A DNA stretch of 64,000 nucleotides from Oikopleura dioica (taxonomy: Eukaryota > Animalia > Chordata): contig OU015568.1 in NCBI GenBank assembly GCA_907165135.1, forward strand, positions 310,001-374,000, written 5' to 3'. The first letter of the stretch is position 1. Each line of letters begins with the position of its first letter. The notes under the pieces are model-generated. The model saw only the letters and a program-made list of their open reading frames with translations, had not been told where the DNA came from and did not search any database. Of this stretch, positions 25,109 to 36,357 are shown piece after piece. The translations under genes and the position numbers were made by a program.

Positions 25109-27281
25109 TCAATATTTAATATCCGAGAGATTTAAAAGGGCTTGACACTCTTTGCTCAGCTTTTTGTTGGAGTTTATACTTCTTTCTTGATTTCTTTTTG
25201 TTTCATTTTCTGAATAAATCTTCAGTATTCTCTCGATTAAGGCATTATTACCTGCATCTTTAAAATTTTTAATCAGATCAAAAAAACTATCTTTGACTTC
25301 AAAACCAGCAAAGCTCAGTATCTTCTTGCTATATTCTTCCAGACTACGAGCATGATCATCAGCGTCAACAATCATGAAGTTTTTTTTCAGCCAATTTTGA
25401 TTTTCTTTATCTTCAGAACTTTCTTTTGCGAAATCGCAAGCATCTCCGAGATCAATTGATTCAAAGATGAGTTTGATATCAAATTGATTTTCGCTTGAAA
25501 GGTTCTAACATTTTTTAAATAAATTTGAGTTTTTGTGAGATCCTGACTTGAGATATTTTTAATTTCGTCAAGACTTATTCTGTCGCTTATTTTTACGACT
25601 GGAACGAGAGTTTTGCAAGTCTCTGAAGCTAACTTAGAATCAAGAGGGTCGCATTGGCTGTCGCAATTTGATTCCGTCGCATTTGTCTTGCAGAATGGCG
25701 GTGAACAGAGAAGGAGTTGAAAATCTAGTTGCTAAGGAGATAAAACCTTTATGAATTTCAATGATTGACGCACATTCATGTCGTTTCTGAGACGCATACT
25801 CAGAATCACTAATAAAAACCTTTCCCGTCATGAAAGCTTTACAGACAGGTACCATTGAAAATACACCGGAAATCCGTTTATTCTAGATTATCCTTAGGAT
25901 TTACCATCAAGAATAAGGGCACATACCATAAAAGGGAACTCTTTAGCTAGGATGAACCGACAAAGGAGCAGATAATAATGTATCGTACAACAAAAGAAGT
26001 GATTTTTTGGAGCCAATTAGCTTGCAGTTTTATGCTGCTTTAAAGCCCTGTCCACTAAAATCGACCTGAATAGCTCGCTCTCTGGCACATGAATCATATG
26101 ATACACTTTCTTACCTGCTCCTTTGGTGTCTTATTCTATCTTAAGTACTCCTTTGTTTTTGGTTTACCCCTTAATGAGGTTCAATTCGTGATGAATTCGT
26201 CTGGATATTCAGAATAGCGATCACAAGAGTTAACTAAATTTGTTGAAATTAAAGCCGGAACGCATATCGACCCATTTTTGGGTAAGGCGCTGAAATATGC
26301 CTTCATAAATCATCATTTTCTAGAGCTAGAAAAACAGATGAGAGATATCATATGTTCCATTCTTGAAGTTTATTGTCTGAAGATCATACTTATGATAAAA
26401 TTTGGGTTAATATATACAAGAAAACGGGTCTACGGCCTCTTACCCAAAAATGGGTCGATATGCGTTCCGGGAAAAAACTTTTACATGCGTTCAAGCGTCA
26501 ATAAGGATTGTCCCTGTTGACAATGTTTGTAGAATATTTGCAACTCTAAGCAGAGTCGTCGATGTTTGTTTCGAAAAACAAAGTTTCCTCTGCTTTCGAT
26601 TGTTCCATGCATATTTAAGTCATCATCGAATCGGTCGAATGTGAGTGATTGGTCGTAGTGATCGATGAAATTGCAGTTGAGATTGTGGACTAAAAGTTCT
26701 TTGCGCAATTTTTGGGTGCTTTTCGAGAATCCAGATCTGGAGTACTGGTAAAGAGGCTCGTAAATGTAAAAGGCGTCTTCGTTGTTATTGAAAATCTCAT
26801 CCATGAAATTTTTTGAATTTGGGATTGTGGGACTCATGATCTGAAAATTGGATAATAACCTCGGATATCCGTTTGAATACAGCCGAAATACAAAATAATG
26901 GAGTATTTTTTGTTACCGAATTTCCAAGAAAAGCTCTAATTTCAACTTATTCAGATTTTTATGGTTTTTTATAACCTGCTTTTTCATATCAATATGTTCA
27001 TCGATTGTTTCGCGTTTGACTTTGAGCGTTACTTACAATGATTGCTTTTCTTAAAAAGTTGCCAAAAATATTCTCTCTGATTTTCGTCCTAAACGAGTTT
27101 TCTTGAAACCCTCATTATCAATTTTAGAAACGCAATTCAGCTGCTACCATAAAATTTCAACAAAAACGATCAAGAAGATGAGAAAAATGAGAGGCATAAT
27201 TTGCAGCATAAAAAGCAAGTCTGACAAGAATGAAATAACTAGTTTGGGAAAACAGGGAATCGATAATTTCATGCCTCTCAT
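25109..27281 (-). CDS. Carbohydrate sulfotransferase (CHST1/3-like), degenerate PAPS motifs
   Basis: FMDEIFNNNEDAFYIYEPL; LLCSPPFC...CDPLDSKLASETCK...VVKI; TM-like exon near 27150-27210. Exon boundaries are approximate. Confidence 0.6.
26249..26501. mobile_element. MITE family A copy (in the CHST intron)
   Basis: ccggaacgcatatcgacccatttttgggtaag pairs with cttacccaaaaatgggtcgatatgcgttccgg. Same ends as 29598-30099. Confidence 0.8.
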
Positions 27282-27595
27282 GTTTAACTATTTTTCTCAA
27301 AAAAAATACAAACTTTCTTGTCAACTTTCCTTAATTTCTTCGCTATCGATTCGCTTTGCGCTGCATTTTTAAATAACAACATAACAATGAAGCATAAGAA
27401 CAATGACAAAAATAATTTTTGTTTTCTGATTTCCATTACTTTCCGCATTTCTCTATTTCTTTAACTCCGGACATCTAAATCCTCCGTGATATTTGGTGAC
27501 GGGGGCGCCCTTCAATGAAATCGAAGTGGCACTAAAAATTCGCACCGAGTCTTTCGTAAAAATATATGAGTTGTAGAATCATTTTCGTTCAATAG

Positions 27596-30500
27596 ATGGG
27601 TTCTGCGAAAAGAGACCGCTCTGTCAATTTCAAGTGTAAATTATTTTTGATTTTGGCGTTTGCGTGTTTATTTACGGCGAGTTTATATTTTTGGAAAGAG
27701 AAAGATGTCGAAACAATGCAGAAGATCACTTACAAGTCGACTACTGTTGATAGCCTCATTTCAAATAACGAAGCAACAAGCAAAGAAGAGAAAGAGAAAA
27801 TCATTATTTCCGTGAATATGGGCGGGCCTAACAACCAGATCTGGGGCCTTCGCGAGGGTTTATTTTTATCCCAGCTGATGAATCGCACTTTTGTTGCTCC
27901 TCTATTTTTCCGACATTTCACTACTGTTGGGCATTTCTTTTCTAATCCGTCTGTTTTTATTGATATTGACAATTTATCAAGTTTGGATAAGAAAATATCG
28001 TTAGTGACAATTACTTATTGTGACCTTTCTATTTTGAGCGCCGGTCTAGAATTGGCTATTTTCGAAAAACCTAGTTCTACCCCCTAAGATTTTTCAAAAA
28101 ATAATTTGGGCCCCATTGATTTCGGTCATTCTATTTTCAATTCTTCGGTGCATTATAAATTATAATTTATAATCGCGAATCAGCTGACTTTCAATCACCG
28201 TAAAAATATAAAAATAAAATTCGAGTCCATAAAAAGCAAAATAAAATTAATCGACCCAGCTGATGTCAAGTCCGTATGCGGCGACTCCTTTGATCTTATT
28301 CTGGATTTTCATCCGGAAAGAACTTATGAGACATGGACGAAGCTTACTTATGAGTATTTGAATATGGACTTTCAAAAAAAAAATAGGAAATCGGCGTTTT
28401 AAAAGAAAAAAAACTAAAAAGCTATAAAAACAACGCCGCTAAGAACAGAAAAAATTGTGCTGAGAAGAATTGGATCAGGAGGAACCGAATCTTTAATGAG
28501 ATTTCTAAGCGGATTTGACGGAAAGCAATGCATTTTGCTAAAACATCCGTACTCCTTGCTCCCCTGGAACATGATATTCCGTCATCGGTTTAAGAACTTG
28601 GAGCCATTTGTCGAATCAGACTTCGAACTGTTTAGAAAAGTGATCGAAGCAACCAGTCGCCCGAAGAAAATCAAGAATCTAGCTGAGAAGATTGCGGCCA
28701 TCATCAAGTTCGAAGGATTGAAAGAGCATAAAATGGCGGCACTTCATTGGAGATACGATTTGGATGATTGGGGAGCAGGCAAGGATGAAACTGAAACAAT
28801 GCAAAAAGTGCTTGCTATTCGGAAAAATCCGATGGTTTTTGCAAAGTTTATCGAAGAAGAGCTTGGGAAACGAAACATATCCAGACTCGTTATTTTCAGT
28901 CCTCCAAACGACTCCGAATTCGTCGAGCAGCTTCGTTCAGAAATCAAAAATATCATTATTTTCACGGAAAAAGAAATTCTCTCAATCTTCAAACGCGACT
29001 TGGACAAAATCGACCTCGATTCGGAAATCTCACTCGTCGAGCAAGAGATTTGTTTTCTCTCAGACTTCTTTCTTTACTCAGATCCTTCGACTTGGAGCAT
29101 GAATGTGAATCTTGAAAGAGCTGTCGCTGGAAGAGACGATAATTTATTGAACCTTCACTTTCAAATTGACGAAGAAAATTGCGATTTGGAAATACGACTT
29201 GGGAAGAAAAATAAGTTTGCAGTGTTACCTTTCGTTTCATTTCCAGGCAGCGGTAATACGTAAGTGATTATCTGGCTCTGCACACGGGCGATCAATTGAA
29301 TTTATCTTAGGCAAGTTCAAGAACCAAAAATAGCAGCGGAAGTTCGCCTCGATTTTCAGTCGCATTAAGATCTTAATGCCAAAATGATGATATGCCATTT
29401 GAAATACGAGAGAATATTCCAGACGGCGGATTTCACGTCGTCTTAAGTAAATGCAATTTATGGAAAATGCGTATCTGTCGAATTTTATTATTAAAATGAC
29501 CTCAGTTCGTCTTTTAATTTTCGTGATTGAACGAGACATCTGCGAAAATTATCACATTTAAAATGCGGCAATAATCAACATTAAATGTGACATATATTTA
29601 CGCCGAAACGCATATCGACACATTTTTTTGTAACGCGCCCTTTGGACCAAAGGCTTTGGTTATGGTCCATAACTTATGGAGCTACTTTTCGATGAGGAAC
29701 TCAATTCTCGATTAATTTTTCGATACCCGTCCGGCCTTCTCAGAAGTAAAGAGTCAATTATTTAAAAAGCTCAGGCTCTAAGCTTTCCGTAGAGCCCAAG
29801 AAATCTTAGCGCTTGTCGGTTTGTGGCCATCTACAACCAGTTTAAATGTCTACTTACTTTCTTTTTGGTCTATTTTTGGAAGAAACTCTTCAATTTCATC
29901 GCGAAAACATGACTTCAAGAGCTCACTCAAGGTCACAAACGGGCGCTAAGATTACTTGGGCTTTAATGAAAGCTCAGAGCCTGAGCTTTTTAAATAACTG
30001 ACTCTTGACTTCTGATATCATATGGCGTCAAAGGTGCTTACCCATAAATGGGTCAATATGCGTTCCGGGAGAAACAAATTGTATGCGTTCCGGCGTTAAG
30101 AGTAGAAATTACAATCTGTTTTTTGAAAAACCAAAGCAAATAAATTTTTGAATGTTAAAAATATCTTTTTTTTAGTTGGACGCGGATGCTCCTCGAAAAA
30201 TCAACTGGAATTTACACTGGAAGCGTTTACGAAGACAAAAAATTGTTGGAGGCTGGTTTTCTTGGTGAAGAAACAGTGCCATCGGATGGTGAGACGCTCT
30301 TTCAGAAATCTCATGAAATCAAGGACGAGAGAATTCCGAACCCAAAAGCCATTCTTTTTCTCATTCGAAATCCATTCGACGCGGCGGTGGCAGAGTGGAA
30401 ACGACGACACGGAAAAGGGCACACAGCGAATGTCGAAGAAGAAATTTTCGTTGGAGAAGAGTGGGAAAAAATGGGAAGCTATTTTTTGAGAAAGTGGAAG

Positions 30501-32641
30501 ACTCTAGCGGAAGAAGTTATTGACCAAAACATAGGAAGGGGTTTCCTCATAAAATACGAAAGAAGAAAAGCTACAGTTGACCTTAGTCGCGAAAGCTTAG
30601 CCCTCGAAAACGCACCTCAACGGTAATCGGTCATGGATTTACTCACTGCGCGAAAAGATCAAATAGTTTTTGAAAAAAGAGAAAGCTTTAAGACTCTTTG
30701 ATCGAGTACAAATCGATTGTGGGCTTCTCGACCTTTATCAGATAATTTATCTGAGATAAACCTAACTGCTTAAAGACCCCAATTTCCTTAAAACCGTAGA
30801 CGAATTTTTGACTTTATGAACGAGAAAGCAACTTAAACACTTGTTCAAAAAAGCTTTTGTATTTATATTGGTTGAGGACCCTCTGAAAGGAAAAGCGAAC
30901 GTTCCACTTCATATTTTCTTTTACGAAAGTCTCAAGGCGAACGCGATCCATGAAATGGAAAACATCTTGGATTTTATTGAAAAAGAGAATGTTTACACTG
31001 TTTCGGACAGAGAAATTCGATTGAAATGCTTGAAAGAAGTAAGTTTTACTCGGAAACTCGAATGATCTAATACTCTTTTTTAGACACTAGAAGAAACTGA
31101 GAAATTTCATCGCCCAAAAAAGAGCCTTCTTTTGAATATTTTACGAACGAAATGATTGAAAAAGGAAATCAGTACATCAACGAAGTTTACGAGCTTTTTG
31201 ACAAAGAAAATTTCCCGCTTTTTGAAAAACAAAATTATTTAAAAATTGTCCAAAAGAAGATATCGCCGGAAAGCAGCGAATACCGGGGAATTCCACTGAA
31301 AGCGGACCTCGAATTATGGCAAAATGAGTGTCAGCTGCAAGATGGTCTGATTTTTATGAAAAAACACAAGACAGCATCAACGACATTCAAAGGCATAGTT
31401 GACAAATGGCTCAAAATAAACAATGCCTTCGAGAAGAGTGAAAAACCTCAAATGGGACCTCAAGGAGGATGTTTTCCAGCTATGTTCAACGAACTCTGTT
31501 GGGAAGGGAGCAAGAGAAATGATCCAGTGATAGGCATTACGTATCACTTTCGCTGGAACATGGATTATTTGCCGGGAATATTTGACGCGAACAGAGGAAA
31601 AGTCAAGACGTTTACAACCATTCGAGATCCACTCGCGACTTTTCGATCAACCTACAATTATTTTTATCGAAATTCGAACGATTGCGACTGGCCCTGCTGG
31701 GGCGCCCCATTCAAACAAATTCTTTCCAACACTGTCGAAGATGTTGATGCCAAGCCCTTTTTGCCGATCGAAGAATTTCTTGATATTCTTCCAGAAGCTT
31801 ACGACTCTTCAGCTCCCTATGCTTACCGAGTGAGTAATCCCCAGTCGTTCGAGCTTGGCATGGACTTTGACAGAATGAAGGACATGAAATACGTCCAGGA
31901 GAGTTTGGCAAAATTAGACAGCAACTTCGACCTCATCCTGCTAACCGAGTATTTTTGGGAGGGGATTGTCTTACTTCGGCATTTACTTTGCGCGGACTAC
32001 GAGCATTTGTACATTGAAAACAAAAACCAAAGAAACTACAGAATTGAGCCCTTGAACGAGGAGCGACAAGCAACTTTCGACGAATTCAATAAAATTGATC
32101 TTCTTATGTACGATTATTTTAATGCTTCTTTGCATCGAAAAATTGAGGCTTTTGGACAAAAGGTTTAGTCATTTATCTATCAACACAGAAGCGTAAAAAA
32201 GAATCTAGAAAATGGAAGAAGAAATAGAAATTGCGAAGAGCACTTTTTCTCGCTGCGCAGAAGGTGTTATTGATTGCACTGTAGCCAAACTGGCCTTGAA
32301 TCGGGAATCTCCTCAAACTCAAATTATTAATTTTGAGAAAATGAACATCAGTGAGTATTTAAAAATAATAGGACTGAGTTTAAATAAAATTTGTCAAGTT
32401 GCAAATCTACAATTTGCATTTTAATTTTAACTTTATAAAAACTCTGGCGAAAGAAAATGGTCATGGAGCTTGCGAAAACCGCGGACATCCATTTACAAAC
32501 GCCAAAATGCTCTACGAGAGCGGCTCATGGAATTATCTGCACTTGTCGGAAAAAACGTGTGCTGAAGACAAGCTTCTTGCAATGAGTGTTGACAGTCAAG
32601 TGCCTCTGACGACAGAATTCAAAGAGAAATATAATTTATGA
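27596..32641 (+). CDS. Putative tri-domain Golgi enzyme: TM anchor + O-fucosyltransferase + WSCD-type sulfotransferase + galactose-3-O-sulfotransferase
   Basis: FucT motifs [14 protein letters not shown] and [11 protein letters not shown]. The same ORF continues to SFPGSGNT|[18 protein letters not shown] (GT-AG intron 29260-30175), then [14 protein letters not shown] 31152-32168 carries [12 protein letters not shown] and [17 protein letters not shown]. Needs 1-nt corrections in A-runs at ~28425 and ~31120. Confidence 0.7.
29598..30099. mobile_element. MITE family A copy with a nested palindromic MITE (29740-30015)
   Basis: Outer cgccgaaacgcatatcgac ... tatgcgttccggcg. Inner tcagaagtaaagagtcaattatttaaaaagctcaggctct pairs with agagcctgagctttttaaataactgactcttgacttctga. 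Confidence 0.8.
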
Positions 32642-32854
32642 TGATTATTGTTCGTTTTCATTTCTCAACTGCAGTTGACAGTAACATTGACAATTAGTAC
32701 TGAAGAATGTACTGTAGTATTAGGACTTGATAAAGGATTATCATTGAATTTGGCGAATAAATACACTTTTAGCCAACAGAAGTGTCTTTCATTCTCTCAC
32801 TACTTTTTCTTGAAAATTTCAGAATGGTCTTTCGAAGAATCAAAAAAAAAATAT

Positions 32855-32958
32855 ATGGTCCGTTTGAAATTAAAACCTATTTTATTATTTGGACTCGTTT
32901 TCTTATCACTGGCAATTATTTATTTCTATAAAAATGCCCAAGAAGTGAAATTTAACCG
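32855..32958 (+). other. Orphan type II signal-anchor exon (possible relic transferase gene start)
   Basis: Reads MVRLKLKPILLFGLVFLSLAIIYFYKNAQEVKFNR followed by a GT donor. No catalytic exon is seen before the nAChR gene. Confidence 0.35.
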
Positions 32959-33208
32959 GTGTTTCGATTCTGCTAAAGCGAATTTCTTTAGCAAAAAACC
33001 TTTATCTCTTCTCAAAAAAAATTATTTTATATTTATTTTCTTCCTTATTCAGAAATTCTTCAAAAGTTCATTTCCAACTTTATCCTCTTATCAATAAACA
33101 AAACTCTTATCCTAAAATATTCTTCAAAGATAACGTCATCGATCCCCACCCAGATCGTCAGCTGTCGATAGATCAGCCCCTGGACTTGATCTTTTGCTAG
33201 CAAAAATA

Positions 33209-35132
33209 ATGATCAAAATGCATTTTCTTTGTTTATTTCTATTTTTTGAAGCAAATGGGCAAAAAGCAGGCCCAGCAGAGAGATTAAAAAAAGAAGCTCT
33301 TTGAAACGAACAACTACAATCCGAATATAAGACCACAAGCAAGGCTCTAGAATTTTCGATTTCCCCTTTTCGAAGACAGTTTTAAGCCCTCCTTGAAGCT
33401 GACCACAGAAACCCGGTAAAAGTGAAATTTCGTCCGATTCTCAACGAAATCATCAACGTCAATGAAGTCGCTCAAGTAACACGGACTTTTGAAAATATTT
33501 TGAATAAACAAGTCTCGTAGAAAATCGATATAAAGTTCTGGTTTCATCACGAGTGGGTAGACGAGAGGCTGTCTTGGGATCCAGAAGACTACGGAAATGT
33601 CGCGACGCTCCATGTTCCTCAGGATTTTCTTTGGCTGCCTGACTACGCTCTCTATGGTAGAATATCAGATGATTTTATATGAATAAATAGTTTCAAAATA
33701 AACACACACGTGAAATCAAAACCCGGATCTCCGGTGAGGAAAAATCGTATTTCCGCCCAGTCGCTGCGCCATGTCAAGCTCCGCCCACCTCCTGTCAGCT
33801 GGGCAAAAGTCAGGAGCGTCAAGATGTGGCGCAGCCGAAAATGGCAAAAATAAGCCCTCCCTAGAGGTTACTCTTGAGTTGGGAAATGCCAAATGTTTAT
33901 ATACAAATACTTCTTTACCTTCTTCATATTTTACCATTTTTGCTAAGGCAATGCCGATGGAGATTTCATCATCGCCGAGTCCGTCCGCGTCCGAATCTTC
34001 AGCAACGGAACCGTCATGTGGCGCCCGCCAATTATCACCAAAACTTTTTGCGAAATCCAAGTGGCAAACTTCCCGTTCGACTCGCAGAACTGCTCGATGA
34101 AGATTGGCAGCTGGACGGGAAATACGTTTTTGATCCAGACTCGGAATTTCGATGCGCGTTATGACGATGTGACTTGTTGCGAGCCGATCGACTTGTCGAC
34201 GTATAATGTAAACGGGGAGTGGGAAATGTTTCATTACGGGTGCTGGAGACATATTCAATATTACGAAGGGCTGCCGGAAGGATATGAAGACATCACGCAT
34301 TATATCATTATCAAAAGAAGACCGAGATATTTGATCTTGAATATTATTATTCCGACAATAGTCTTTTCGGTAAGTCTTTTCGCCCAACTGAATTTCAGTT
34401 AAAAAATCTTCATGTAGCTTTTGTCCTGCGCCGTATTTTACCTCCCAGCTGAAGAGGCGGAAAAGATAACTCTGTGTATTTCCGTCCTCCTGTCCTTGGT
34501 CACATTTTTCCTTGTCATCGTCGACAGCATCCCTCAAACCGCCCGGGCAGTCCCGAAACTTGGCATTTACATCCTCTTCACGATGATTCTCAACACCGTT
34601 TCCATCCTACTCACGATCGTGGTCGAAAACATGCACCACCGCGGCCCCGAGACCCACGAAATGCCACAATGGATTCGCACCGTTTTTATCGATCTCCTGC
34701 CCCGGCTCCTTTTTTCTTCGACAATGAAAAAAATGGACGTGCATGGACCAAAGCCGCCCAAGATCAGCGATGTCTTCAAAGGGACTTATCAGTACCGAGC
34801 GATAGCGAAACTGGCCGGGACGGAAAACGAAACCGACCCGATTTTATTGAACCCAGAAGTGCAGGACGCGATCAGAGGGGTGGAATACATGGCAAAGAGT
34901 TTCAAGGAAAAGGAATTTAATGAGAACTCGAAGGCAGAATGGAAATATGTCGCGTTTGTGCTGGATCACTGTCTTCTCATAGGAACTTTGCTTCATTTTT
35001 CTTGCGATTTCGCTTGTTCGTGAATTTTTTGTGAGCAAATTTCGAGTGTTTATTACAACTTGCGTTCTTGGATCGGCAATCATCTTTGGTGAAAATTGCA
35101 TGGACCTTCTCAGGCAGCGATTTACATTTTGA
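33209..35132 (+). CDS. Nicotinic acetylcholine receptor subunit (cationic Cys-loop channel) lacking loop-C CC
   Basis: WLPDYALY|GNADGDF; Cys-loop [23 protein letters not shown]; M2 [25 protein letters not shown]; [15 protein letters not shown]; [11 protein letters not shown]. One A-run frameshift near 33290. Confidence 0.92.
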
Positions 35133-35562
35133 GGCATTTTCGAAGAAACTGACTGTAACTCGGAAAAAAGAGCAATGTGGTACATACAACGGGACGACGA
35201 ATATCTTCGCTCTGAAACTCTCTGGACCGATCAGGTTTAAATCTTGCACCATATTTATGTTATGTTGCCATAATTTTTTCTGCCAGATCTACGAAATGAC
35301 ATCTGACGGATATTTTTTCCGGAAGGACCAAGCAAACTTTTCCGGGATTAGGTGATTTTGTGGTAAAGAGCGCAAGCTGTTCATGAAGAAAATTGAAAGA
35401 TTAACCCGGACTTTAACAGCTTAGTTTGAACGTCAATCTTACGTAAACAAAAAAAACGATTGACAAAAATCAATCAGTAAATTTTACAAATTTTTCATAA
35501 CTAAATCGTTAGACTTACTATACAAATATTCAGTAAGCCACAAGAAGTATCTTGTGAAAATA

Positions 35563-35786
35563 TGCAACGAGAATTGGTACAGGACCGATTTTCCTATATT
35601 TGGGCTAGAATTGGTATGATACCCCTAACCCTAGACTCTAGGGCCTAGAGCCTTACCCCCAGTTGGTACTCCCTGGCATGGGAGTCCCGGCCCCCTAACC
35701 CTGACTACTAACCGAGAAAAGGTTTGGTATCATACCGTTTCTGGCTAAATTATAGAAGAATAGGTCCTGTACTGATTCTAATTGCA
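35563..35786. mobile_element. MITE with imperfect ~60-bp TIRs and internal CCCTAA motifs
   Basis: tgcaacgagaattggtacaggacc...ggtatgatacc pairs with ggtatcatacc...ggtcctgtactgattctaattgca. Confidence 0.75.
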
Positions 35787-36084
35787 ACCTTCCGGAGTAT
35801 GCTATTATAGTAAGTGTTACATAAACGTATAAAATAACCTTTTTTTTGGCATTTTAGAGAAATCAAGCCCCCCGAAATTGCAAGCTCTAACCAGATTTGT
35901 AACGCATGTCATTGAGTACTGGCCAATCTTTCTGCCTTTTTTGTTCGTTATGAAATATGATTTTTTAGGATCTCTGCTTCAAATTCCTCTCGTCTACCCA
36001 CCAGAGAGACGTTCTTGCCGCCAGCTTATCATCCGAAGAAGAAACACCATAATTTCTCAATTTTTGATTTCATAACTTGTTTTA

Positions 36085-36357
36085 TTATTCGATGGAAATA
36101 TACAGTGAAAACAACAGTGAAATGCAGCAAATGCCGCAATGCTTAGTACCAAAACTCGTCAAGTTTTTTCTGTAGTTGTTGATTGCTCCTCGATTTAGCA
36201 GATCGCGGGAGAGGGTTCGGAATTTCGCTCTGACTTGTTGGTTGTATTTTTTGTGGCTTGCGTTGTCCTCAACTTTGTGGAGAAAATCGTTTGTTTTTCG
36301 AAGAAGATTTGCGGAAGCAACGCTCAAAAGCGTTAAAACGAGGCGAATTAGGTTCAT
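36085..36357 (-). CDS. Small putative secreted protein (first exon)
   Basis: Signal peptide MNLIRLVLTLLSVASA. Downstream exons unresolved. Confidence 0.35.
   Translation of the reverse strand: MNLIRLVLTLLSVASANLLRKTNDFLHKVEDNASHKKYNQQVRAKFRTLSRDLLNRGAINNYRKNLTSFGTKHCGICCISLLFSLYISIE

Noticed and set aside
33716-34537. 273-aa minus-strand ORF
   Set aside because: Antisense to nAChR exons, no recognisable domain.
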